A DNA stretch of 60,619 nt, counting the filler, from Bonamia ostreae (Eukaryota): NCBI GenBank assembly GCA_040357525.1. It is 8 parts of 8 records of this genome, joined end to end, with 100 filler letters (N's around TTAATTAATTAA, not from the genome) between each part and the next. Parts side by side here need not be neighbours in the genome. Positions count along the whole stretch, not along the records: positions 1 to 7,554 come from JBDODL010000077.1; positions 7,655 to 15,165 come from JBDODL010000078.1; 6 more parts are not named here. One strand, given 5' to 3'. Made by a program: the position numbers and the translations under genes. Under the pieces are notes generated by a model, which saw nothing but the letters and a program-made list of their open reading frames with translations, searched no databases and was not told the DNA's origin. Of the stretch, positions 1-10,913 are shown piece after piece (the stretch's first letter is position 1; each line of letters starts with the position of its first letter).

Positions 1-36
1 AATCTCTAGAAGGAGACAATATCAGCAAGTAAACGC

Positions 37-1716
37 TTACGCGTCTAAAAAGATATTCCGCCTCAATGAAGCGTAAATGATGGACGAAAGAACTGAAATG
101 ATGGACGGATGTTTTACAATATTTGTGTTTACGATAAATTTTGCAACAAAAACAGAATATGCACAACGCCAAGCTCCGCCATGGACCGATTGCTGCGACT
201 TGATTAAAATCGCGTTTTCGGTCTGTTTCTGTCCTGTTCCGATTTTCTAGCATAAAACAATTTTTACCAAAATGTCGTGGAGCAAAAGCCCCGCCATCAG
301 CGAACTCGAAGTCCTCTCATCAAACGTCTCCAGCGGTTTGAAGTACGGTCTTCCTTTGAAAGCCAGTCTGAAATTCGCGTTGCTGATAACCGATTTGGTC
401 GCCGTTGCTGGCGCCACGTTCAAAGACACTCGTCCTCTCTTCGATTTTTGCGAGTGAATGACCGCTCTCCAAAGCTGGATCATTTTGGCCAAGGCGTAGT
501 TCGGGCCTTGTTCGACGATCAGTCCGTTGTACAGATGGCGTTTCCCGACCTCAACAATGTCGTTCCGCCGCAATTGCTGTTTGAATGACAGCGTCAAAAC
601 TTTTTTAAGCGTGAACAGATGTATCAACATCTCCGCAAGTCTCCCGAATCTCAAGTTCGAGTAGTTTTCTCTAGCCGCGTAGAAAGCCTCTTCCGGGATC
701 ACGGACACATCGGTCGGAGTCCCGAGAAAAGCGACGTTCACAACTCCGTCTCGAGGTCAAAATTTTTACCGAATCTTCGGCAAAAGCCGTCTACGATTTG
801 GTCCGCGACGGCTGACAGCAGAACGTGCAGCGACCCGTCGAGATAAGTGTAGTTCCCGACCGTCACCTTTTTGCCTTTCAGGTCCAGAGTCGACAGCCAA
901 TTGAGGACTTGGGCTGGCCGTCTTAAAATGTCGCAACCGGCGATTTCCGCTCCGGAATTGCGGTCGACGTGCGAGGGATAGATCAAAGTGCCTTTCGACG
1001 AAGCGGCTTTGCTTTTCAACTTGTCCCAGAGATTGGGGCGTGGGATGTCTATCGCGACGACGGTCGCGCCAAGTGCGATTAGTGTGTTGAAGGGGCCCAT
1101 GGCCGAGCCTGCTCCGATCATGACGAAAACGTGGCCTTCCAAGGACTCGAACTCGCCCGTCGAGAAGTCTTTTCCGTTTGAAAATATTAGCGAGATGAGG
1201 GCTTTTTCGGCGTCTCTTTCCATTACGCCCGAATGGGCCCAGTTGTCGATTTGTTCGAAAAGACTTTTGCGGGAGAGTTTCTTTCCATTGTATTCGACGA
1301 AAAAGCCGTCAAAGTGATTGGTCGAGCGCGCGTGTGCTTTATCGCCAAAGCAGGTTTTAGTGGCGAAAAAGTTTTCGTTGTTGGTTGCGAATTCTTGTTT
1401 CAGGGGCACCGATTCGCCGTTCTTTCGAATAAAGACCAAGTTTGACTCGACGAAATGGATCCCCTTTTCGGCTATTTCTAGCGCTTTTTGGCTGCTTTCT
1501 AAGGACTTTTCCATCAATTTCACGAAAAAGGGAGAGTATTTGTGTCTTTTTGGTCGAATGCGCAAACCTGTACGAAGACTGGTTTTCCAAAACAAAGTCG
1601 TCGAGCGCATTCGAAGAGCCGAGAAGTTCGGCCAAAAGACGCAGATGGAAATTTATCGTGGATCGTCTGTTTTTGCCTGTCTTTGGAAATTCTACGCCAT
1701 ATTTTTCACAGCTCAT
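37..1716 (-). CDS. Conserved hypothetical protein with Rossmann-like GAGSAMGP motif (uncharacterised family)
   Basis: Spliced ORF from ATG 1716 (MSCEKYGVEFPK) with GT-AG introns 1567-1546, a 20-nt intron near 750-770 and 267-247. Motifs GAGSAMGP, AFLGTPTD, QGPNYALAK, NVAPATATKSV, HGGAWRCAY. The 3' end is uncertain. Confidence 0.75.
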
Positions 1717-1855
1717 TTTTTGGCTTTTCGGATTTTAAATTTTGCTGTGTTAATGAGCTTTGATATAGTCGTCAAACGGGAAATTGTGCTATTTTACAAA
1801 GGTCTTTTATAAACATGTCATTATTGTTAAAATAGCGATTTTAGATAAAATTGCA

Positions 1856-3006
1856 ATGTCGGTTAATCTGTCCAACTGTTCGATATGTCTCGAACTATTG
1901 GAAGACAACATCTGCACTACCAGATGCGGCCACATTTATCACACTTTCTGGTTTATTCAAACATTCCCAGTTTGAGGAGTTGGATGCTGAACAAGCGCTC
2001 TTGCCCTCTTTGCAAAAAACAAGTCGGCAAAAAATCCCCCGTGCAGCTCTACACGAGTCCGATAGACATCGCGAGAGAAATCATCAACAAAAACGCAGAA
2101 AACGGGGACGACGAGGAAATCAAGAAATTTGAAATTGGCTTTTTAAAAACTGAAAATCGGAATTTGCACAGATACAACAAAGAAATCAAAACGGAAAATG
2201 GTTTATTCGACTAAAAAAAGGCACGCTGCGCGACTTGTTAAGAGAGAGAAACGAAGACCTTAAAATAAAGGAAAAATCCAAAAATGAATTGGAGAACATT
2301 TTGATCAAAATTCAAAACTCAAACAATGACAAAAATGAGATTTTAAAGCAAAAAACTTTAAAAATAAACAAATTGAACAAAGTTGAAATTTTTACTAATT
2401 CTAAAGGAAATTGAACAGCTCAAAAACATGAACAATTGCATTCAGATCGCAAACGAAATTAAAGGAGATGTTTTCACTGAAAACTTCTTTGGACCAGAAA
2501 CCACTTTCGAAGAGGTAATTTTTCGCGATTAAAAAGAAATATAACGTGACAAAAATCAGTTATTTGTACACACAATCCGAGTACAAACGAGTCAACAACC
2601 AATTGCGAGAATTGCGGCATATTTTGGAAAACAAAGAATGTTTGATGAATAAATTTAAGCTGACTTCAAGGAGCAAATATCAAATTTAAAGTACAAAAAC
2701 TCGCTTTTAAAGAGTTCGCTTTTGTCTAAACAACTAAAACTGAACGAGAAGAAATTGGATTTGGAGAGCTCCTTAAGAGAATCTATTGTCAAAGAAAACT
2801 CAAAATTGGACATCGGTGACTTGAGAAAAGACGACACAAAATCTGACAGCAAATTTTCCGACTCAAATTTTTTCGACGGCAAATTCTATTCGCAGACATT
2901 TTTCTACCAGCAAAAACATTTTAGAAAAAAGAGAGGGCTTTTTAAGCAAAACAAAGCCGCAGACGATTATCAAACTGAAGTCAGCTCTTTTTTCTCCTCG
3001 AAATAA
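1856..3006 (+). CDS. RING-finger E3 ligase with coiled coil (TRAIP-like)
   Basis: CSICLE..CGHIYHTFC|LRSW..CPLC is restored by intron 1951-1970. Further introns 2201-2220, 2382-2406, 2515-2536 and 2640-2659 give a continuous coiled-coil ORF. Confidence 0.8.
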
Positions 3007-3252
3007 ATTGTTCCTTGTCATTTATTTTTTATCTCTCGTTTATGCCTTGTTTTACAAATTATGTTTTGTTTTACTACAAACTAAAAATGGTTGGAAAAGA
3101 TTTTTCGCAAAATTTAAAAATTGTTATATAATTGCTACAATAATTTGGGACGGAAATAATTGAAATGGTTTCTAAAAACTGTCTTTCGATAATTGAAATC
3201 GTTTCGACAATTTAGTCTTTGCAATTATAGCTAAACGTCTAATTAATAAAAA

Positions 3253-4029
3253 ATGTTGTTTAGAACGGCGATGATAATCAACTTTCTTGTGTTTTCGTTA
3301 ACAGTAGCGTTGGCTGATAAATTGCCCGTCACATATGGCTCGGTCATAAAACTGCAACATCAAAAATCGAATTATCTCTTATCCGCAAATGAAGCTCATT
3401 GGGGCTCGGGTTCCAATCAGCAAATAGTGACCGCGATGGCGGGCGACGAAAGAACCACATGGCAAGTTTTTAGTAGCCGAAAGGATTCCAAAAAACAGGG
3501 AGAGCCTATTAGGTGCAACTCCAACATTAATTTTGTACACACAAAATTTAAGTGCTATCTTCATTCCCATCCCATCGAATCCTTGCTCTCGAACGGTCTG
3601 CAGGTCTCTTGCCACAAACCACATGATTACAACGACGATTTTTTTGTCTTCTGCAAAGGCAAATATTGGACAACCGAAACACCCGTTAAGATCAAACACG
3701 AAAAAACGGGTCGATATTTGTCAACCGACCAAAAATACGTTTTTGGATCAAATAACTGTGGGCAAAATTGCCCCATTCTCAGAGAGGTTTTAGTGTCCTA
3801 AAATTAAATTCTTCCAACCATTAAAATTAAATCCTTCGTTAGAATTTTATTGCAGAAAAATATAAAATCAAATAGTAAACTTTATTGTTCATTAAGCTTT
3901 AAAATCCGAAAATAAAAGTTGGAAGTTTTTGGTAAAACGAAAGGGGATTATGAATGGATAGCAAACCAAGGCCTGTTTTTTAACGAGCAGAAAAGCGAAG
4001 AGATCAACAACGTCAAAAAGGAATTATAA
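3253..4029 (+). CDS. SDF2: Stromal cell-derived factor 2-like MIR-domain ER protein
   Basis: Signal peptide, VTYGSVIKLQH, WGSGSNQQIVTA, LHSH. Intron 3787-3918. C-terminus ends in KKEL (ER retention). Confidence 0.88.
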
Positions 4030-4032
4030 TAT

Positions 4033-6285
4033 TTACTCAACTTTTGAGCACTCGTTTTTAATTTTCGTTAAACTTGAAATATCGTCAAACTTTAAATGCG
4101 AAGCTATTTCTTCGATTTTTGCATATTTTTTTAAAAGTTTTCTTATTAGCACACTTTTTGCTCTGTTTTGTAAGGCTTGCGAACTTTTTACGTTAAAATG
4201 CTTAACTTTGAGAACTGCTCTTCAATATTTTTGTGATTAGTTGTTATAAAAATTTGCCATTCTTTGCTAAAATTCTGCACGCATTTTTGTAAAAATTTAA
4301 TCGTTTGAGCCGATTTTGTTTGGTCCGATTTAAGCGCGCGTTTTTCAAATTCGCCATATTTTTCATCCATTTCCTTAAACAATTTAAACTTTTCTAAATC
4401 TATTTCGGATTTTCTCATTAAGCTTGAATCAATTTCTTTTCCCAATTTTATTACAATTTTATCGTTTTGGTTGTTTATTTGGTTAATAAATTTGTCTGAG
4501 CAAATTATAGCGGCGATCTTAGAGTTTTCGTCATTAGAATTTAGCCAATTGACCATTGTTTTATCGATCTAAATTATTTTTACAAAACAAGTTTTTCTGA
4601 CCATAGTTCTAAAATATGGTCTTCGTGTTCTTCATTTAAAGCACCAACGCTTTCGATAAACATTTTCAACTGCGTTGAGATCTGTCAAAATAAAACAAGT
4701 TAAACCGATACCGCTTCTCTTTCGTTTCTGGGAAACATTTCTGCAGAATTTTCAACAAATTCTTCGAACATATTTTTAACGCTAAAGTCAAATTCGACAA
4801 AACTTGGGCCAGAGCAAATCATTTAAGCTCCAATAAAAATTCTCCAAATGTTTTAGATTCTCCGACCATTTTAAATTCTTTTAAAATGTCAAAAACATTT
4901 ACCTGTTGGTTAAGTCTTACGCATATTATCACCCCGAAAATGTCAAAAAGTTTTATTTTCCGGTCAAAAAATTTCTTTTTGTTTTACCAATTTGTCAGTT
5001 TTACAAATTTGTCAATTTTAATAAAATTAGTCTTTTCTAAAAACTTTAATGTCGTCAAAAATGTCCTTAAAAATGTCCGAATACAATTCTGCCACACTAA
5101 AAAATTTTTCGATAAAATTATATTCTGAAAGACTTAAGTCTAATAAAAGTCCGTTAATGTTTGCAAAAAATTCTTCGATCAAATATTTATCTTTCTTCAT
5201 TATAAATCGACTCGAAGAAATTGTCTTTACGGTGAATGTTAATAAATTAAACTTTAAATGGCCCCAAAATCTTTATCCTCTCTTTAGCGCTAAAATCGCT
5301 AAAACGATTTGCAAAATTTAGCTTTAATTTTTCCGTTTTTTCGATTTTTATTTTATCCAAAAAACCCGAAAATATTTTTCTATATTTCTTAAAATTTAGT
5401 TTTATAAACATTCTGCACTGTATTGACATAATTCTTCTTGACATTCTCAAATTTGATTTTGTCCCATTTGTTCAAAAATTTGACCAATTCCTTTTATTTT
5501 TTAATTTGTACCGAATATTTGGCGAGGCTTTGCTGGTTTATTTGAACGTTGACGTTCTGATTTCCCATCCTTGAAATCTTTCCGTTTAAAAAACGTTCGA
5601 TTCGCAAAACCGCTTCGTCTCTTAATTCCAAAACGATTTTTTGCATATCTTTTACTGCTTCGCTTTTAATCAGCGATTCATCGACTAACTTTTCCAGTTT
5701 TCTGTTAAAAATTTAAATTACAAAAATTTTGAAATTGCAAAAACTTGTTTAAAAGTAAAATATTTTCGATATAATTTTCGTCAATGTCCGAAACACAGAT
5801 ATTGCTAAATTGAAAAAAAATTACTGTATCGTTTTCGTATCGACAAAAATCGAATTTACAAAATTTCTTAAACCGCTTTTATCAGACTTTGAGTTTTTAA
5901 CACAAACTTTAGATTTTTTGATTTCTTCGTTCAAATTGAAACTATCAATTTGCAACTTTTTAATTCCATCTTTGATTTTGTTTATCTTTTCTTTGAAATC
6001 TAGCGCTCTTTTTTTAAATTTATTCTGTTTTTACATTGTTTGGATATCGTTTATATTGTTTTTCAGATTATCTAATTCTGTCAAATAATTCTTCGAATTA
6101 GCGATGTGATTTTCGCCGGCAATATCAATTGTACCTTTCTTAAACTTTTCTAAAAAGTCTGTTGTTTCTTTGTCCATGTACAGCACGGGATTTTCTTTTG
6201 CTAAAACTTCAAAATTAGCCAAAGTTTCGTCATCTATCGAATTGACGTTCAAATCGGTTTGGTTTTTTTCATTATTTTCCGCCAT
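4033..6285 (-). CDS. VPS52: GARP complex subunit Vps52
   Basis: Multi-exon. ELRDEAVLRIERFLNGKI..NVQINQQSLAKY and EEFFANINGLLLDLSLSEYNFIEKFF match Vps52 conserved blocks. Confidence 0.78.
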
Positions 6286-6364
6286 TCTAATACAAAAAAC
6301 AGAAATATTTAACAATTACTCATATAATTTTAAAGCTATATCAACAGCTTAAATTTTTTTGAAA

Positions 6365-7554
6365 ATGTTGGTTCTAAACAAATTCAAAAAACAGGTTAAA
6401 ATTAATGCAAGAGCCTTTTCAAAAAAACGGAGCGTCATCAATGAAGCGGAATTGAACAAGGCCAGAAAAGACTGGAATCAAAAATACGACTGGGAATCGC
6501 AGTACAAAGACAATAGCGACCAAATCATAAAAAGTTTCCAAGCAGAAAGCGACGAAAATTTTTAGTTTTGAATTTAAAATTCAGCAACTTGTTCCAACCA
6601 ATGGACCATTTCGAGAAGAAATCTTTGCCATTTAGCGAAACCGCAAACTTGATAAAAGTCAAAAACCTTCTCGTTTCAGAAAATCAGAGCTGTGACGACG
6701 AAATGATAAAATCTTTTTTCGAAGAAAATGGAGTAAAAACAAGTTTTGCAAAACAAAAATTTTAAGAAAAAATAGTTTATTTGACCGATGAACTCGGAAG
6801 TCCAAACGGAGAAGCGATCGTCCAAACGAACCAAAAAATGGAAAAATTGGGGGAAATGAACGAATCCAAAATAACGAATTTGCGAATTGTCGAAAAAATT
6901 TTAGAAAAAATTCGAAAACTTTCGCAAACAAACGGTTCGCTAACAATCGATCTTCGAAACGGCGAAATTACGACGAAAAATGACGAAAATGCAAAATTGC
7001 TCAATTTGAAAAATTTTGACGATTTTAAAAAATCTGAAAAAAATTTTGTCGAATTGCCGAATTTTAATAGCGAAGTCGCTTTTCTGCGGATCAAAACTTC
7101 TCAACTTGACGAATTGACAAAATTACTCCAAAAAAGAATAAAAGAGAGATCGACAAACGTTTTTAAAGTCGATCGGGAAAAGCAAATTGCCCAAACGAAA
7201 AAACTCGACCGCATCGAATTGCAATTTAAAGTTGACAACAAATTTCAAATTTAGGAGAGAAGAAACGGCGCGGCGACAACAAGGACAGAAACATTGAACA
7301 AAATAGCGAAGAGCGCGAAAGGAATCGAATTCCTGAACTTTCTGTTGATTCAACTGGTTAAACACGACGGAAGAAGTATCGGCGAAGAAAAAGAGCTATT
7401 TTATGAATCTCTGCACGACGCCCTGTTCAGCGAAAAGTTTTCGTGTGCTCATTCGCCGGAAGTAGTCAAAGCGATAGAAAACTTTGCCAATACTCCGCTG
7501 GGAAACCATTCGTTGGAATTGCTGAAATTTAATGTAAAAAATTTTGCTTTTTCG
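6365..7554 (+). CDS. Hypothetical protein with possible mitochondrial presequence, truncated at contig end
   Basis: Basic N-terminus MLVLNKFKKQVKINARAFSKKRS; consecutive ORFs joinable by short GT-AG introns. Confidence 0.55.
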
Positions 7555-7654
7555 NNNNNNNNNNNNNNNNNNNNNNNNNNNNNNNNNNNNNNNNNNNNTT
7601 AATTAATTAANNNNNNNNNNNNNNNNNNNNNNNNNNNNNNNNNNNNNNNNNNNN
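7555..7654. other. Artificial contig linker (N44-TTAATTAATTAA-N44); also at 15166-15265, 22753-22852, 30337-30436, 37918-38017, 45492-45591 and 53056-53155
   Basis: Identical six-frame stop spacer every ~7.5 kb; contig sizes decrease (7511, 7487, 7484, 7481, 7474, 7464). Confidence 0.97.
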
Positions 7655-7865
7655 ATTAAAGTTCGGTCGAAATTTATTTTAGTTCGATCAAAATTAGTTT
7701 TAGAAAAAAATATTAAAGTTCGGTCGAAATTTATTTTAGTTCGATCAAAATTAGTTTTAGAAAAAAATATTAAAGTTCGGTCGAAATTTATTTTAGTTCG
7801 ATCAAAATTAGTTTTAGAAAAAATATTAAAGTTCGGTCGAAATTTATTTTAGTTCGATCAAAATA
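7655..7865. repeat. 57-bp tandem minisatellite (~3.7 copies)
   Basis: attaaagttcggtcgaaatttattttagttcgatcaaaattagttttagaaaaaaat starts at 7655, 7712, 7769 and 7825. Confidence 0.95.
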
Positions 7866-7899
7866 AAAATTAGAATCGGTCAAAATTTCAATAAAAACA

Positions 7900-9425
7900 G
7901 AGAACAACTGAAAAATAGCGAGAATCTTTGCTCCAAGAAGCTTGTGATATCGTTTCGTAATTTATTTTTGGAGCATAAAATTTTGCAATCGTTTTGTCAA
8001 TATTTGTTGTGTCTAAATTTAAGCCAAAATTATAATTTTGCAATAAATAATAAAATGATCAAAAATTAGTTTTCCGTTAAACTGGATTTCAAAACAAATT
8101 ATTCAACAATTTTAATTTAGAGCTAAAATAAAACATTTTGTTCTGTCATTATTGAAACTTAGATTTTTCGTTTCATTTGTGACGTAATCCCAAGGAACTT
8201 CTATATACAGACACTACGGAATGTTTAAATTTAGACACAAAAATTAATCAAAAACCAAAATTAAATCAAAATAAAAATTATAAAGTTTAGTCAAAAATTA
8301 AAATTAAATCAAAAGTAAAAATTTAGTCAAAACTTGTATAAAGATTTGATAACTTGTCGATTTAAAAATAATGGCTAAATCAGAAAAGCTAAAATTTAAA
8401 ATAGGTTTATCGGATTTGAGAGGTTCAATCAAAGTTAAAGATTTGTTCGAAAAAAGCATAATTTTGTCTTTTTGTGGAGAACAAATCAAATTTTTGAATG
8501 AGGGACATTGCGGAATGTTGCTTTGCGTTTTAAATATTAGTTCTCCTTCTGTTGAGTAAACTAATGATTGATTCTAATTTTATTAAAATTTAGCTTTTTC
8601 AAGTTACGATTGTAAATTTTTCATTTTAAAATTAGCTTTTCGTTATAAGAAACATTGAATTCCCAATCTAGAACGGAAACCAAATTGGTTTCGTTGGTCA
8701 TTTTTACTATAGAAAGATCTTCCGTTGACACTTCAAATTCCTAAAATTTTGTTAATTTTTTTTCGACAAAATTTTTTTTAAATTTGCAATATTTTTTTCG
8801 ACAAAATTTTTTTTTAAATTTGCAAAAAATTATTTTCTGAAAACGTTATAAAGTTTGAAGAGATTATTAATGTCGTAAATAAATAATTTATCTTTGTTGC
8901 GATTTCTTTCCGCTACAACTAAAAATTTGCCATTTTGGCTAAAATCAAAACAATTCTTATTTTTAAATTTTGGCATTTCTATAAAAAATCTAATTTTCTT
9001 TCCAATTATCGAAATCGTCATCTTCAACTTTGAAATTTGTTTTTGAAAAATTTAGGATTTTTTAGATTTTTAATAACCGCAAATTCGGAAATGGTCAATA
9101 AATAGTTATCCGTTTTTGCCAAACAGCCAAAAATTTGAGTTTGGCCAAAATGAAATTTTTCAATTTTCTCGTTTTGGATGTTCACAATTTCTACAAAATT
9201 GGACATTTTTTGGAAAACAGCCAAATAACAGGAATCGTAAGACCATTCAACATTTTTTACTGTTCCAGAATTTAAATGGAGTTCGCAAATTTTAGCCATG
9301 TCCTTAAAAATTAGCAACTGAAATTTTTTCTCCTTTTTAGTCAGAATTGCGATTTTGTCTTTATCCGGTGAAATCTTTATTGAGCGTGCTAATAGCCGTT
9401 CTATTAATTCATATTCGAATTTCAT
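7900..9425 (-). CDS. WRAP73: WD40 protein WRAP73/WDR8 homolog (3' end uncertain)
   Basis: VEWSYDSCYL, LLTISEF, IEMPK..FSQNGKFLVVAERNRNKDKLFIYD, STEDL and LVYSTEG follow the WRAP73 motif order. Confidence 0.7.
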
Positions 9426-9659
9426 TAAATTTAGCTTTTCTACAATATATTGTATTTTTGTAGTTTGTCGTTAATTTGTCAAAGCTAAAAATTATTAAAT
9501 TCATTAAAAATTTTTTAATTAGAAAATTAAATTGCATAAAGAATTTTTTTTTCAATATTAATTAAATTATTATTAAACATTTTGTAAAAACAATTTTTGT
9601 CTAAAAACAAAATTATATAATAATCATCTAATTTATACAAATCAAATTAAGCTTTAAAA

Positions 9660-10907
9660 ATGCTGTCTATTCGAAGAAAAAGCACGATACGCAAATTAAA
9701 TGGACATATAAACAAATATTTTGGACGAAATTTTGCTGAAAGCGTCTCGCAATTAAGGGACAGAATCGCTGCGATTGGAAAAATTAAAAAAGTTTGTGAA
9801 ACGATGAGGAACATCTCGGCGGCGAGAATGCCAAGGCTTGAACAGTTTTGTTTATCTTCTCGATCTTTTTGTGACATTATCGAGCCCATTTGGAAAAATG
9901 ATAAAGAATTTAACGATTCGAATAATAATCTTTTTTTGATTGGTTTCCCATTTTTGAAATTGTTCAATTTTATAATTGTCGTTTTGTTTGTAATTTTATT
10001 TTGAAATTGACCAATTTTATAAAATTTGTCGTTAAAGTATCAACAAACCTTGGAATGTGTGGTAACAACAACACGTCGTTGGGAAAACACTTCAAACAAT
10101 ATCACATTGATAACAATATACCCGAAGAACAAAAAACGATTTTACTTGGGAGCAGAGGCACAAACATCATTGAATCCACAAAATTCGGAAAAGCCGTTAC
10201 TATTGTCAAAGCATTGCACGAAATGGAAACTTTTTCGATCGATTGCGCGTTCGAGTTGACAGAAAACCTCATTTTCCCACAAAAATTTGACCGCTTCGTC
10301 ATTTTTTACAATTACATGAATTCCAAACTCACTTTCACCACGAAAAAGATCATTTTCCCTTCTTTCGATATTATTCTCAAAAACAAAGAGCATTTGGATC
10401 ACTACGAATTGCCGTCTTCCATGGAAGACATTGACCACCTAAGAAATCTGTATGAAATCTCCATCGCCGTTGCTTTGTATAAAGCTGTTTCCGAGGGACT
10501 TGCTGTCGAACAGGTTTTATCTTCAACCCAAATTTCGAACAGAAAAAATAAAATAAAAAATTGAATTGAAAAAAAAATTATCAAAAAATAAAAAAATTGA
10601 ATTAAGAATTTTAAACAGAAAAGAGATAAAATTTGGAAAAAACAAAAAATTCAAAAAATTTGAAATAAAAAATTAAAAAATTTTAAAAAAATTTGAAAAA
10701 ATAAAAAAAAAATTGAAAAAAGTTGAAATAAAAAAATTATAGTTGATGCGTTTCAATTCGATGCAAAGCGCAACAAAAAACATCGAAGATATACTAATCG
10801 ACATGAAAAGGACTTACAATTCGAAGAGGCAAGAACAAATTACGACTGAAATCTGCGAAATCAACGCTGGAAGAATGGCCGTTATGCTGGCGATGGAAGA
10901 CAATTAA
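9660..10907 (+). CDS. ATP3: Mitochondrial F1 ATP synthase gamma subunit
   Basis: Presequence, then LRDRIAAIGKIKKVCETMRNISAARM; STNLGMCG; C-terminal RFNSMQSATKN..YNSKRQEQITTEICEINAG. Introns 9943-10037 and 10514-10742. Confidence 0.93.
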
Positions 10908-10913
10908 ACAATA

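Noticed and set aside
7599-7610. Regularly spaced TTAATTAATTAA palindrome
   Set aside because: Artificial six-frame-stop linker between size-sorted contigs.
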